NCBI GenBank assembly: GCA_030265395.1
Contig: JARFYF010000001.1
Location: forward strand, 49,360,530-49,424,529
Direction of reading: 5' to 3'
Length of the DNA stretch: 64,000 bases
DNA from: Rhina ancylostomus
Taxonomy: Eukaryota
This document shows, one piece after another, positions 1 through 14,380 of this stretch (its first letter is position 1; every line of letters begins with the position of its first letter). The notes below the pieces were generated by a model, which was given only the letters and a program-made list of their open reading frames with translations, searched no databases and was not told the DNA's origin. Both the position numbers and the translations under genes were made by a program.

Positions 1-1299
1 GGGCAGGGTAGCATAAGCAAGTCTGACAGCATGGAATAGGAGGTGCTGTAGTCTAAAGAGCATGAAGTGGCTTAGAAAGTAAAATCATTCTCAACAGTTT
101 GAAGTTTAGCATTGTTCCCTAATTTCTTGTCCCAGGATTTTGGCAGCAACACACAAAACCCCCCAGTCCAGTAGCTTTGATTTTGAGGTGATTTGATCAG
201 TGGCAGCAAGGCACAATAAATGCTTTTAGGTTGTAAATACTGCAAAATGTCAGCAAAAGTGGCAATAACTCTAACTGGGCAAGAAGTCTGATGATTGTAC
301 ATAGTAAACATGAAATAATGGTGCTTGCAGTTCTAAAGTTCATGAAGATCACGGACGAGTCACAGGAACAAAAGCAGAGGCAAAAGAAAGAAATTAGATG
401 GCAGGCAAGAGCAAGGCTAAGTCCCGCAGTAAAAGCCCTGTAGGCAGGAGTATTGGATGTATTCATCCATATTCTATATTGAGAAAATACACATGCCTTG
501 ATATATTTTAATTATCTCTTTTGATTTCTTAAAAACATAACGACAGCTAAAAGTCTTTTCCAAAATATACTCTGGCAGTGTTCATTGGTTGCCCTACAGC
601 TCTCCCAGATAATTTTTTTGTAGTCTAACTGCTCCTTGAATGGTAATTTTCATTCAATCCTGTCCCTTGTTCCCTGGAAAATCACCTGTTTAGTCATAAT
701 CTATTGTGCTATTCAAAAATATTTGACTCTTTATCAAATGCAATTACAAAATTTAAGTGTATAGATTAGAGGATGAGAACAAAGTTATTTGGCCCCTTTT
801 GTTCTGCCATTTAACCAGATCTGTACCTCAACAGCTTTTAAAATAATAAGAAAAATAATTAAAGAGAATAGGCTACAGGGGAAAGGAGCAGGATTGCACA
901 AGAGCTGATGTAGACATGAGCAACAGCCTTTAATTCACATACTTCAATCCACCTGCAAAATTTGTTATTCTTGCACTTAATAGAGTGCAATATCTGTTAG
1001 CCCTAGTCTTGAAAATGCCAATTGACCCAGCAAAGTCTTTTGGATGACAGAATTCCATATTTGTGCTACCTTTTCTATGAAACTTCTTCCCAATTTCACT
1101 TTTCAATGGCAGAGCTTCAGTTTTAAGATTCTGTGGTGGAGGAATCCATAACAATGGGACTTAAATTGCTCCCAGTGTACCAAATCCACTAAATTAAAAT
1201 ACCTCAATTGCATCCACCCTTCAAAGTCCAAAGTCACAGGCATAAAAAGCACAGACAATACAAACACTCCTTAAAGTAGCCCTTGAAGTCCAGGCTATC

Positions 1300-1490
1300 A
1301 ATCCACTAAATCTGTTCTGTATTCCCCGAGTCAATATATCATTGCAGACTTTGCAAACCCACTTCTTTGGTCAAGCTTTTAGTCTTTTGTCTTTGTAGCA
1401 ACTCTGGTTCATTATCAAACCTCTTCAGGCATCTTGGAATAATTCAGTACATTAAAAGGGTGATACAAAAAGCTGATGTTATTGTTGCTA
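1300..1490 (+). mobile_element. Degraded L2-like LINE 3' end
   Basis: Resembles L2 3' ends (ctttggtcaagcttttagtc ... tacattaaaagg ... tgttattgttg tail); recognition only. Confidence 0.35.
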
Positions 1491-1982
1491 ACACTTCAGA
1501 GGGATTCTATAGAATATTAAAGCCATTACATAAATGAAAGCAGCTTTTGTCATGAATACCTTCTTCAAGCATAACAATATTAGCTAAATAACTTACTGCC
1601 ACAAACTCAAGTTAACAATTTGATTGGCTTATACTTATTTGAATATTTAGTTCCTTTCTCCATGATGTACTACTTGAATTTCCACAATTGACAAACTGAC
1701 AAGCCTTCAGCTTCATTTCTTTTTCCATTCTACCTTAAATAATGGAACCACATCTTAGAGGAAGTTAAAATGTTTGTTATATTCTGCCCAATTTAAATTA
1801 CTTTTTTTTTTCGTCTCAGGAGTCCTTTTAATTCACTACTTCCCATTAAATGTTTTCTCAAAATTATTTCCTCTTCCAGTGACACCAATACTATTTCTAA
1901 GATGTTATACAGCATTTGGCAATTTGACCACTAAGAAATTCAAAGATATTCACATGACGTATATAACTACATCGGTACTTAC

Positions 1983-2065
1983 ATCTCTAAGTGCTTCCTG
2001 TGCCAGTGAACGGAATGATAAGATAACACCAATTATTGTCATCCTCTTCAATACGCTGTCAACCG
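1983..2065 (-). CDS. NCKAP1: NCKAP1 exon 25 (83 nt): [27 protein letters not shown]
   Basis: Manual translation; acceptor CAG, donor GTAAGT. Confidence 0.95.
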
Positions 2066-2439
2066 CTGGATTATAGGATACAGGAGGAGGAATGAGTAGC
2101 ATCTAGATTTTTTGGAACTCAATAATACACTTCAGAAATATATCTAAATTTCACTGAACAATTTTCAGCTTCAGACTGATCAATTACACAGTCATTAACT
2201 GATTAAATTGTATGAAATCTTTGTAAACATAATCCAATTTCTTAGAAGCTTCAGAAACACTAAAATATGGGGAGTTCCAATTTTTAAATAATCAGACTAA
2301 ATTATCTTTGAAACTAGTAACAAAATGTAGTGAGAATGTGCATATTTTTTTATTTTACAAAATAATGGGTAAAGAATAGTTACATTTGTTGGCACTTCAG
2401 TAAAGATACTAGAGTGAAGGCTTCAGAGTCCACTGTGAT

Positions 2440-3330
2440 TAGTGGGATATTCCAGTAAACAGAGCTTGTGCCTCAGCTTTTCATAATCTATATCAACAAT
2501 TTGGCTGAGGGGACCAAATGTCACATTTCTAAGTTTGCTGATAATAAATTGGGTGGTACTTAGGGTATGGAAGAGGATGTCAAGAGGCTTCAAGGATATA
2601 CATCCAAGCTGAGTGAGTTTGCAACCACATGGCAGATTGAATACAATCTGAAAAGTGTGGTCATTCATTCTGGTGCACATAACAGAAAAATCGAGTGTGT
2701 TAACTGGTGAGGGATCAGTAGTGGGCCTGGTTTGCTTGCACACAAGTTGCTGCAGACCAACATATAGATGCAAGCAGTTAAGAGGGTAAATGTTATTAGC
2801 CATTATTGTAAAAGAATTTGAAGACGGGAGTAAGGAGGTCATATTGCAATTGCATGGGGCCTTGGTAAGAGCACACCTGGAATAATGCACAGTTTTAGAC
2901 TCATTACAAAGTAGTTGCTACAAACAAAGTGCAGAAAGGTTCACTGCACTCGTTACAGGAATATCAAGTTTGCCATTTGAGCTGGGATAGCCTATGATAA
3001 TATTCTCTACAGTTTAGAAAAATGAGACAAAATATACTAAGTTCTTAAAGTGCTTTACGGACAAGATGCTACTAGGGTGTTTTCCCTAGCCGAGGGCCCT
3101 AAGACTACCGGACATAGTTTCAGAAGTAGGCCATTTACTCAGAAGGTAGTGAACTTTGGAATTCTGTAACGTGGAGGACCATAGATGTTCATTCAAAACA
3201 CAGATTGATATTTCTGGGTATTAATGAAATCAAGGGATTATGGGGATTTTGTTGAAAAATGTCACTGAGATAGAAGATCAGCCATAATTTAATGGGGGAA
3301 AAAAGGCTCAGAAAGCCTATTTCTTACATT
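2440..3330 (+). mobile_element. Degraded CR1 LINE (RT C-terminus and 3' UTR)
   Basis: aagtttgctgataataaattgggtgg at 2531 gives KFAD(N)KLG, compare CR1 KFADDTKLGG; downstream ALVRAHLE-like and FTQKVVNFGIL-like remnants. Confidence 0.7.
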
Positions 3331-4620
3331 ATAGGTGGGGCTAACGTGATTTCCCTAGTCTCCTTTTGCACTTCAGTTCATCCTCCCACTCAATTCTCAA
3401 TGTGTATTGAGAAGCATTTTATTTCAGATTTCAAAATATGTTTCCAGCAAATTGAAAAAAAAATCAGACCTGTATTACTTTTTTCAACATATGGGAAATC
3501 AGAAGTCATGAGTACTGCAGGATTAGAAAGGATTTCCTTAGACTGATAGGTATTCCTTTCACATTAGGACATTTAATGAATCTTTGCAAAAGTTTAAACC
3601 ATCTAGCACAGGACTTTAGAGCAAAAGCATGTTTTTAAAGTCAAAATTTAAAACAATATCCAAGTACATACTGAACAAAAGGTCTTAAGTTGACCTTGGT
3701 CTGTTTTGAGTTAGCTGATAACCTGTCTCAAACAGCTGTCTGTCTCCACGAATGTTTACTGTGGAATGTCGCTGTACACTCGAGTTCAGTTACAAAGTCA
3801 GTTGGGACAAGATTAAAGTTCCGGTGCCTATCAAGATTTGTTTTTACGCTCATCACCACAACATTACATCAAATAGCCTCTGAATCCCACTGATGACTCA
3901 AAAATGAATTTCATTTAATTCCTTTCCAGCCTGGATGGAACTACAAAAAGGCAAAATTATGCAAGATTTTCTGATCTTTAGATGAAAGAGATAAAAACAT
4001 ATTGCCTTTCCCTAGGGTGCTGCTCAGCATTTTTCAAACTTATGAAATAAACCACCTTTTTAGAGCTGCTAAGTTTAGTGGGAAAAACACAAATGGAAAA
4101 GAACTGGTGGTTATCAACACTTAAAAGAAAAATGCAGATCAAATGCAACTCGTGGAATTTATGAAATCTGAAATCATTGCAGTACTGAAAAACACTGTTG
4201 ACCAGTGAATTAACTGGAGTACAAGGTCAAATACTTCTCATAATGAAAAAAAAATCACTGGGATCTTGCTTTCTTGGCCTAACACACTAAAAAGTGTTTG
4301 TAGATGAAAAAGACTTATCAAATTATTATTCTGCCTTTACTAGGGAAAGTGTTGGGGGAGGGTGGGAGGTTGGTTTAGGCAAAGTTCTCATTTCCTTCAC
4401 CCATCTCCCTAGGAAAAAAATTACATAAGTCTTTAAGTTATGACAATGTGTAAAATTAACAGGTCATTTTATTGGATATTCAAATGACTGTATGCAAGGC
4501 AAGGATAGAACGTGTAATGGAATTATAATTTTGCAACTGGGAGGCCATGTCAACACAGATTGGAAAATCATTACATTGTCTGCCTAGTTTCCGTAATTGG
4601 AGAACATATTCGATACCCAC

Positions 4621-4714
4621 ATGTTAATCTTTTGAAGAGTGCTGCCATCTGGTCTGGCTTGTCAAAGCTGGTCCTCATTTGTGTAAGCACGTCAACATTC
4701 TCCACTACCAGTTT
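4621..4714 (-). CDS. NCKAP1: NCKAP1 exon 24 (94 nt): [31 protein letters not shown](S)
   Basis: Manual translation; acceptor TAG, donor GTGGGT; phase fits exon 25. Confidence 0.93.
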
Positions 4715-6789
4715 CTACAAAAGAAAGAATATTCAATATTAGGCAGTCAGTCAGATAACCAAAATCAAACAGATATTTCAATCTGGCAAAAGGAAATTAG
4801 CTTTATAAACTCCAGATGGTTCCACAGTCTACGGTTCCCAAAGAGATTAAGCGTCTACAGATCATGTGTTGTTTGACTTCTGAAAACAGAACATACATGA
4901 TATTTTGCAGTTTTCTATTTTTCCTCTTTCAATTCATAGGGAAATATGGTGAAATTGGACAGGCCATTTTCTTCAATTTTCTCCCTTTCCTTTCTCTCCT
5001 GAACTCTTCATCCCATGACAGAATAATTGCTCTGACTCTTCTCAATGCAAAGCTAAGATGCAGATGATGCCCTTGAATAGGCAATCATTAAATGAGCTCT
5101 ATATAAAAATAAAGATTTGCTTTATAAAGATAAGGGACTGCAAGTTATTCTAAGTACACTACATCACTATTGATATCTGCAATGCATTGACAAAACCATA
5201 TTTTAATTTTTTTGTCAGTTATCTCCTACATATATTTGAGTGCAATCAGCTACATCCTTTAACATTATCAAAGTGTTTATTTCTAAGCTGGAAAAGCAGG
5301 TGTCATTGGGTAATTTGGCTGTGGTGATCATCTTTGTTGAAATGATGTTATTTTAGCTTGTGTCTAAATGGGCATATTTCTTGCAGAAGAGAAGGGAAAA
5401 ATATCAATGTTTTATCATATGGTAATATATTTGGGAATTTGCAGGCATTTTTCCTCCACACAGGTTCAAGGGTGCTAATTCAAGCTCCATTAAGTAATCC
5501 GTTAAGGGAACTTTTATGGCGTTCAGAACCACAAAGTGAATTCCAGGGCAGGAAAATCCAACAATACTCTTGGCTTTTGTATCGGTACTACCCTTAGCAA
5601 TAGTAATTTTAAACAGTTACTTTATGCAACCACCAGTTTGGGTCTTCCCCGATATTACCATGACATAATTCTAGTGGATGCTATAAGAGCCACAAATAAA
5701 GATAGTATTTATTCTCTAATCAGCAAGAAAAACTTTGTAGAAAATGTATTCCCTTAAGACTTTCCTTCTCATTGGCTGCTGCATCAGATAGCAAGCCCAA
5801 GTTACAATTTTCCATAAGAAAATTAGACCACAATTTTATCACGTTTTGCATAATCGTCAATTTATCCGACAGAAAGCACTAAATTAATAGCATTTCTGAA
5901 TAGAATGCAGAGGCACTGAAATGGAGAAAAAAAAGGAAGGAATTGACTAACTTTAGATGATTTACTCTAAGTCACACATTCTTCTCTTGCAATCCCCTCC
6001 TCCACAAAGAAATAAATTACTTTCACATGAAGGTAAAAGGTTAAATGGCCTTTTGGATGTAAGGGATACCAAATGCCAATATTGTTTTCACACAATAATA
6101 AACTCGCTCAAGTTAACTGCAAATGAAAAATAATTTGATTTCAGAGAGATATCATATTTCTTATGTTCATTTAAAACTGTTTCATCTGCAGGCTATTTTC
6201 AAATAAGCTCATGTTTCTGTATATTCTCAGTTTATAAATACGGGATGTAGTAATTTGCAGATGTTGCTGGTACTAATGTAATACAAAATTAAATACACCA
6301 ATTCAATTGATATACCAATGGCTGCAAAGCTTTGTCAGATTTCTGTTTGCTGAAATTGTGCAGAGTTTTGAATTAGACATTGATTTATGTTTTCCTCAGC
6401 AGCAGGAAAATACAGTAGCATGCAACAAATCCCACTTGTGCAGTTTAAGAAAAAAAAGACGTGAATTTCAGCAAAATGATGCAAAGTGTCTATTTGTATT
6501 TATGCTCGTTTTTTTTTAAGGAAGGGAAAATGCAATCCCAATGCTACATTTGCAAATTCCAAAGCAACACAGCTAATAGCATCAGTATCAACAGTAAAAT
6601 TCACATCCTCCTTCAACCAAAGTACTGAACAAATGATCCATAGCTAAACAATTGCAAGGAGCACCCCTCATTGACTCCCCTCCAATTTGAGACAGGTTTA
6701 GCCGACTTTTCCGCCCAGCTCCAGGCAGGGCCCCCAACACTGCACTGAGCTTCTGCTGCTCTTCCCCTGCTGCCAATCACATCATTACC

Positions 6790-7060
6790 AAGGTTCACTT
6801 CTGATCTCACGTTCCACCCCACACGCCTCCCTGGCACCACTCCCCATCTCTTTCTCTGCCACATTGATGACTACATTGGTGCCACCTCCTACACACGTAC
6901 AGAACTCTCCAATTTCATCAACTTCGCCACTAACATCCGCTCTGCCCAATTCACTTGGATAATTTTTGACATTCTCTGTCCCCTTTCTCGATCTGTCTCG
7001 ATCTCAGGACCAATCTATTGACATTTACTACAAACCCTCGGCCTCCCACAACTCTTCCGA
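6790..7060 (+). mobile_element. Penelope-like retroelement RT fragment
   Basis: cacattgatgactacattggtgcc (HIDDYIGA, degenerate YIDD) at about 6860, followed by PFLDL and IYYKP remnants. Confidence 0.6.
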
Positions 7061-7794
7061 ATTCATTTTGGCCCACTGACTTCATGCAGATCCATTTAAT
7101 TGGTTGAAGCTGTCGCCCAGGAGAAACCATAAGGAGGTGGGACCACAAGGCTATAAGGTTTAGTTCACTATATCCGTAACCACAGTGGCGCTCAGTGCCG
7201 AGACCAATATGCCCCGACATTCTATTCTGTAGCCTTTCCAAATTATACTGATTAATTCGCTCCAGCCTGGGAACTGGATTTGTTGGCCTGTGGTTCAGAC
7301 AATGACTCACTTAAGAAGGTTAAGATACACAACTGCCAACATGGAAGAATTCTTAAAGTACACAAATTTTTATTGCATAGCAACGTGAATAAAAGAAGTG
7401 ATCAATAATTATAAGATGTATTTTTTTAAATAAGAATCACATAGCTGAGTCCACCTTTTTTGGAAAAGCAGCCAGCTTCTACCACCCCCCCACTCCCCCC
7501 CAAAGTAGCCCCCATTGCTGCCTTTCCCCAGTTGTGCAGCACTAGCCAAGTCTTAGTCCAACTTTTCTCCTGCAGGACTCATCTTCAAACACAGAAAATT
7601 TCCAGAGAAGACTAAGCTGAAGTGCAGTACAGATCTTTTTGTTTTATTACAAAGTGGTCAACTCAATGTTGTTCAAATTGATGGAGATGTAGAAACTAAA
7701 GTCCTGGGTGAAAAATAACAGAGCAGTGCAAGAATTTATAGCTTCTGCAACCAAATTTGAAGAGCGTTTTTGCTATAGTACATAACTTACAATG

Positions 7795-8000
7795 CAGAAT
7801 ATCATTCAGCCCATCTGTTCCAAGCTGACAATCCCATTCCCCTTCTCTTTAGTCTCTCTGACACATGCCCATCTACTCCCCTTTGATCCTTTTTTGCAAT
7901 GAACCTACACTCAGGGGTAATTTACAGTTGCTGATAACCTACCAGTACAGTTTTAGGATGGAGAAGAAAATTGGAGTATCTAGAAGAAATCCATGCCATC
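7795..8000 (-). mobile_element. Highly degraded V-SINE-like element
   Basis: Collinear similarity to the better-preserved copy at 44200-44520. Confidence 0.45.
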
Positions 8001-8261
8001 ATGCACAGAGTTTAATATTCTGATCAACTAAAGAGCATTGCAGTGCAGATCAGTAGCATTCGGCCCAAGGTCATCATATCTAATCCCATAGTGCACCATT
8101 TGCAATCTAGATATTACCAAATCTTTTTGTCTAAAGAGATTTCCAATTCTCTCTATCTCCACCCTCAGCCCCTACCCCCATATGGTCTCTCATCATCTGC
8201 CCTGGTCTAAGACTTGAAGGCCTTTTCCCTGTTCCTTAAGTGGTCTTTTTTAAAAAAATTA

Positions 8262-8670
8262 GTTTTCAGGATACGAGTTTCACTAGCAAGACCAGCATTT
8301 ATTACCCATCCCTTACTGCCCTTGAAAAGATGCTGCTGAGCCACCTCCTTGAACCCCAAAAATCCTTTTGGTACCTTCTCTGCTTAAACACAACTATCAT
8401 CATAAAAGTGAGTGGTTTGCTAGGCCTTCTCACAAGGCATTCAAGAGTTAACACAGGTTGGATGCTATTCATGTAATCCAAACCAAGTGGGGATGATGGA
8501 TTTCCGTAAGAAGGTTGTGAACCAGGCAGATTTTCACCTCGGTCTGGTAATTTGCATGGTCATCATTATCAAGACTTTGCATCCGCTCCAAATTCCAGTT
8601 CATTAATTGCATTTTAATTTCAAAGCTGCTGTGGTGGGATTTGAAGTTGGGTCTCTGGATTACTAGCCTT
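8262..8670 (-). mobile_element. tRNA-derived SINE with RTE-like tail
   Basis: Reverse B-box-like gtgggatttgaa near 8634. Tail ccagcatttattacccatcccttactgccc recurs at about 20000-20055 and, inverted, at 28025-28082. Confidence 0.55.
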
Positions 8671-11600
8671 TAAACACCTGAAATTAAGGGTGAATTCTAT
8701 GTACTCAAATGTTAATGCTTTCTTCATGCCTGTTTTCTGTAAAAACATTGAAAACTAAAATATTTTACCACATTAAAGGCAAAAATTCATAGCCTGTCAT
8801 TTAGCATTTAGACAAAATAGGATTGGATTAAAGGGAATTTAGGGGTTACGATGACTTGTTGAATGCTACCCATTTAGTTCCACGTTTAAAAAAAGAGACA
8901 ACATTGATGAATCCTACCAATTCTACTTCTTTATTGAGACAAAAGGAAATTTTTGTTGAACAGTTGAACACCATTCTAAGTACACATTGCTAAGATTTCA
9001 GGAAATTCCCAAGCTATATCCAACATCTCACAACTAGTTCATTTCTGATTATTCCAATTGTAACTACTTCGTGTCTTGGATAAAACTATTGATTGTCAAT
9101 TTCCATAGATAAATGAACACCAACCAAAATCCTGAAACAGAGGAATTTAATTTGTTAACTCAACTTTAGTGGCATTGGTCATAAGACTTCATGGGTCTGA
9201 TTTTCATTTGATTTTGGGATTGTGCCAATTTTGTGGAAGCAGTTTGTTTTTTACTTTGGTATGCATACATTAGAAGCATTGCACCTTTTTCTTTCTATAT
9301 GCTGATCATAAACTTAAAGCAATTGGTTCTCTCACTGACACAGTATATTGAACCAGTCAACCATTTCTAAAAGCTGACTTCTTTCTCCAGTCTTCCAACC
9401 AATGCACTGGTAGTATTAGCCCACTCAACACTCTTGTTGTCTTTGGCTCGCTGTAATCAGCATCAAGTATGATCAACTAATAGTTGTAAAATACCTTACA
9501 GTTAGTCTGTTGAAAGCATAATAGTATCTTTTTCCTCTCAAATCTTATATTTATATCAGTATTTGTGCTTAGTTTAATCCTTTCTATCCCGCAGCTACTT
9601 GTTACGATTTCAAAATTCCAAAGAGTATAAAAAAATAAATCTGCAGTTGTTTCACATTAAGATCACAATCTCATGGAATTACTTTCACAAAGTAAGCTTT
9701 TAAAATCTTGGTATGGACGTTACCAAATGTTAAAACATCACTAGGTAGATTATTCAATTAAATATTCAAGAGGTTAGGAATGATCTGATAGCTCAGCATT
9801 AATTCACTAAAGAACAACAAATGTTTTTGTAATCTGAAGTTGACAGTAATGTTTATCTGGTGTTAACTCCTGCTGCATTACTTAATAATGGAATAATACT
9901 TAAATATCATCCTACAATTCATTTTGTTGTACAAGTACAAATTAGTTCAACATGAAATTATTTATACAAGAATCTATTTGGAGCATGGAAGGAGAAAAAC
10001 CTATTATCAAGGACCGGTTGACAGAGATCAATTCCTGAAACCAGAGATTAGCCTGTCCATTTTATGAACAATGATAGGACGAAATGAAAATTGAAAAGCA
10101 AACTGCAGAATTAACTTTTCAACATAACATTCTTTCCAAGGTTTGTATCACTGTCTAAAATTTTAGGAAATGCCAATAAAGTGAGAAATAGCTAAGATTC
10201 CTAAGGAAACCATACAAGTGGTCAACATTTAATAAATAGTCATGATCCAGAAGCAGCCATTTGGGATACTGGAGTGTTTAAAGTTAAACTTGGGAGTCAT
10301 ATTAATAGTGCCCTAGGGCACTACTCACAATTAAATGATTAGATCAAATTCTTTATACAAGATGGCATCAACACTCTGGACAATCCTCCAAGGGTCCAAA
10401 TCCAACAATTATTAGAGTTAACAAACCTATTTGTAAGTGGTAAATGTTATCCGCAAAGCACAACCACAATTTGTGACAACAGGATGAAATATTTCAGGGA
10501 AGTGCAACATTCCAATAACATTAATCAAACATCCACGTTGCTGCATACAGAATGTTAATACTCTGTCAACGCATGCTTGATGGTCACTGCAGATTTGGCA
10601 GGTCAAAGGCCCTTGTCTGTGCAGCATCTATGACCCTTCAGATGAAGTAATGTCAAAAGGCACCCAGCCCAAAGGGAGTAGATATAATTTAATCTCCATT
10701 TTAAAAGATATACATTGCTTGTATTTACAAATATTTTACACAAATACCACAACACATGGAATTTTCTATGCACAGACATTAGAGCACTGGAGTGCAATTT
10801 AAGATGAGCTCAGACTTTCACAATAACACAAGTTTATATAATCAATTCCTACTATGATGTGGATGTAGGAATTTAGAATGGAAAAATGACAAATGTAACA
10901 GGAAGGACATTCAGATACTGAATTTTTATACAAGTAAACAAGCACACGGCTCCATCTGCTTCATTCTTGTGTAAATCAGATAATTACAAAAAAGATAGCA
11001 ACACGGGAACTCTGGTGATGCAACCAAATTCCACAGGCACAAAAAACAGTCATGTCCAAAGGGCAAGAAGCAAAAGAGGCATGTAAAAAGAAATAATGAA
11101 ATATATTTTAAAATTTAAGGATGGAAGTCCAGCAAGAGAGCTGTACTTCAGAAGTTCCTCGAGGGAAGCACCCTATATTTTATTTAAATCTAATTAAAAG
11201 CTTTAATTGCCAGTAAAATTATATTTTAAGTCAAATATCTGTACTGATATAGATGTTCTTGACTAAATTTGAGTGTTTACATTAAAGGGAAAAGCATATT
11301 TTGATTTATGAATTCTCCCTAAGTGTAATGGTTTTCTTGGGATGTAACTCTTTTGTAAATCAATGGATACCCACGCTAAAATATGCAGCAAATAACCCTA
11401 CTTCTTATTCTATGATAAATCTCAGAGCAGTTGAAGATAGCTCGGCTCAGGAAAGCACCTTCAGGAACTCTCTCAGCAATGCCTTGAAACCAAGTTAACT
11501 GGCCTAAAGTAATAACCAACTTCTGATTCAGCCAGGACTCTGACTGCAATAGAGTTCCTTCCACCCATCATTCCCCCCGCCCCCCACCAATTTTATGAAG

Positions 11601-12013
11601 ATCCCTTGGGGCCAAATTCATCAAAAGCCATTATATGTCATACAGTCAGTTTCAACTCCTCTCTGGAATTCATTCATTGCCAAATGTGAAGCGGAAAATC
11701 AGTTCAAATTTGTTGAACACATCAAATGTACGAGATTCTCTGGGAAACTTACAGGAATCAATGATCATAATATTTAGCAAATGGCAGGACAAGAATTCTA
11801 AAATTCTAATTATATCTGATCAAAGTTCAGATTAAGATTTATATAAAATTAACATTCAGCATCTGTACTAATTTTTTATAAATACGAAGCTAATCCTCCA
11901 TTGCACTGAAGTTCAAGTTTCTTGGTTGAAAACATTTTAAAATGGTGTATTTTATCATCTTTAGTCTGCACAAGTAGAAAGCTGATACTGCTGTAATAAA
12001 ACCACAATCTTAC

Positions 12014-12111
12014 CTTGAGTTCAGCCACTTGTGAAGAAATGTGCCACATCAGGCTTTCACTGAGAAACTTCATTCCATATGGACCCAGAAGTTCTGAAAG
12101 AGCTCTCATTT
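12014..12111 (-). CDS. NCKAP1: NCKAP1 exon 23 (98 nt): [32 protein letters not shown]
   Basis: ORF 11876..12109; acceptor CAG, donor GTAAGA. Confidence 0.95.
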
Positions 12112-13651
12112 CTGTGGGAAAATATGCAAGCTATGTCAGTGCATATACCACTTCACTAGTACAAGTCTGACATCAAACTAATAATCATTCTGTCAAAGTC
12201 TGTCTGCAGTAATGAAGCTCGAGCATACTAGGGAATGATAGATATATTTAAACTCCAGTATCAGTATTTTTATTTCTGGAAAAAGTAAAATAAATTACTG
12301 AAAACATTTTTCAGTAAACAAACGGGAATAGAGCTCAAGTAGAAAATCAATGACTTGCTACTGTGTTGTATCATTCAGGAAATTATCAATGATGATGATT
12401 GAAAAGAGAGGGGACAAAGGAAAAGGCAGGAAGGAGTTTATGTCAGGGATGAAGCCAATAAAAAAAATTTGCACTCAAATAAAAATTTTAGACACTGGAG
12501 TACCAGGACCAATATTGGACAACAAGGACAGGATGTTATGTGATTACAAACCAGGTTATGGTATGGCAATATTTTGGATGAACTGACGCTTACAGTTTAG
12601 AAGATGAAAGGAAAGTGTTGGGTGAACAGCAGCACATGAGTAGACAAGGGTAATGCTGAATAAATTTTTTTGGAGGCAAGTAAGCAGTCTTCATCAAAGA
12701 GGGGAAGACAAATGAAGCAGATCTTAACTCTAGGTTAAAAACAAAGGAGAATGTCTAATGGAAGGGAATTAGGTCAAAGGCAGAGGAGAGGAGTTTCTAA
12801 CAGAGAAATATAGCTCATCTCTAAATATCAAAGTACACAAACTACAAAAAACTGAGGCAGTTTAAAGAAAAGTGTCAAAAGAAGAACAGGGTTTCATCAA
12901 CATACAAGTTATAAGTGTCTAAAGCTTCATGTCCAAGGGTAATGTTATTAAATGGCTGCACAACCATGATAAGCACAAAGATCTTTGGAGGACAAAAACA
13001 TCTGGTGAAAATGCTTTGGCCATGTATTCAAACAATGAGAAGAGATCCAGTGAGCTGGGTAAGAAATCTTGGGATGAAGTGAACACGTCATCTTCAGTAG
13101 TCATGATGTAAACATTATAACTTGTGGTACGTTTTGAGTAATTTTTGGTTTTATAGCAGTAGCAGAAACAGAGAAATTCAAAGAGGGATTACAAAAAAAG
13201 TTATACACTAATTTAAGAGATGACAAATTTAACGATATCTAAGAGGATGGAAAAGCTAAAGGTGAACTACAGTTTGAATGTAAGAAAGGCCAAGGATTTA
13301 TTTTTGTGCTATCAAAAAAAAACAGGGTAAGATGTATAATCGGCTAAAATGGAGGACCAGTACAGAAGTTGTGCACAGTTCACTGGGAGTTGGAGTAAGA
13401 GATGGGATTCACAGGCACAAAATCATCTCAGAAAAAGGCACAGGAAAGAAATTAGCAAAAGTTCAGAGATTCAAGGTTAGGATAGGGAGGTATAACAATG
13501 GAAGCAAAAGAAATGGCTGAAAGGATAAATCCAAAGCTTAATAGAAGATAACTCCATGGGTTCCTAAAGCAGCTTGAGAAGGGAATATTTGGCAGGAGCA
13601 TAAGCAGCTCTAGGGTACCTCTCCAGTAGAATTATAGGGCAATAGAATAGA

Positions 13652-13928
13652 GGCGGCACAGTAGCGTAGCGGTTAGCACAACGCTATTACAGCGCCAGCG
13701 ATCGGGGTTCAATTCCCGTCGCTGTAAGGAGTTTGTACATTCTCTCGTGTCTGCGTGGGTTTCCTCCGGATACTCCGGTTTCCTCCCACGTTCTAAAAGA
13801 TGTACGGGTAGGTTAATTTGGGGTTTAAAATGGGCGACGCGGACTTGTTGGGCCGGAAGGGCCTGTTACCACGCTGTAGATAAAATTTTTTAAAAATTAA
13901 ATTAAAAAAATTTAAAATTTAAAAATTT
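13652..13928 (+). mobile_element. Young tRNA-derived V-SINE (HE1-like) with CR1-type tail
   Basis: A-box-like gtagcgtagcgg, B-box ggttcaattcc (about 13706-13716), V-domain gtgtctgcgtgggtttcctccgg, tail gggccggaagggcctgttacc, AT-rich end. Confidence 0.88.
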
Positions 13929-13929
13929 G

Positions 13930-14380
13930 AAAACCAGGCCCTTTGCCCCACTGCCTATGCCAACCATTTTGTCATCTACTCTAATCTATTCACCCACATC
14001 AGCACTATGTCATTCTGTGCCTCCTCTGTTTAAGTGTCTGTCTAAATGCCTCTGATACATTGTAATTGGAGCTGATTCCACCACCTCCTCTGGCAGCTTG
14101 TTCCAGATATCAACCATTTACTGTGTAAAACCTTGCCCCTCAGATTCCCTTTAAAACCCCTTCCTTTGACTCTAAACCTATGCCCTCTTATTAATGATAC
14201 CCCTACTAATGACAACAATGATTTTGACTCTCTCCCCTATCTACGCATCTCATCGTACTTGTATTAGGTCACAGCCTCCCTCGCTCCAGGGAAAACAAGC
14301 CCAGCCTGGCCAGTCTCCCCTGTTGCTAAAGTCCTCCAGTCCAGGCAACATCATGGTGAATCTCCTCTGCACCCTCCCCA
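13930..14380 (-). mobile_element. Older CR1 LINE 3' fragment
   Basis: Collinear with the CR1 3' end at 15485-15816 (ccaccacctcctctggcagc, gtgtaaaa, aaacctatgccctct); gtccaggcaacatcatggtgaatctcctctgcaccct further in. Confidence 0.65.

Noticed and set aside
2423-2890. 155-aa minus-strand ORF
   Set aside because: Antisense shadow of a degraded CR1 RT region.
4611-4620. Possible U12-type or alternative donor (GTATCG) 4 nt into intron 24
   Set aside because: Does not match the U12 consensus GTATCCTT and would shift the frame; GTGGGT gives the correct phase.
13652-13725. tRNA-like sequences with A/B boxes (also near 17170 and 62520-62595)
   Set aside because: They continue into the V-SINE core and LINE tail, so they are SINE heads rather than tRNA genes.
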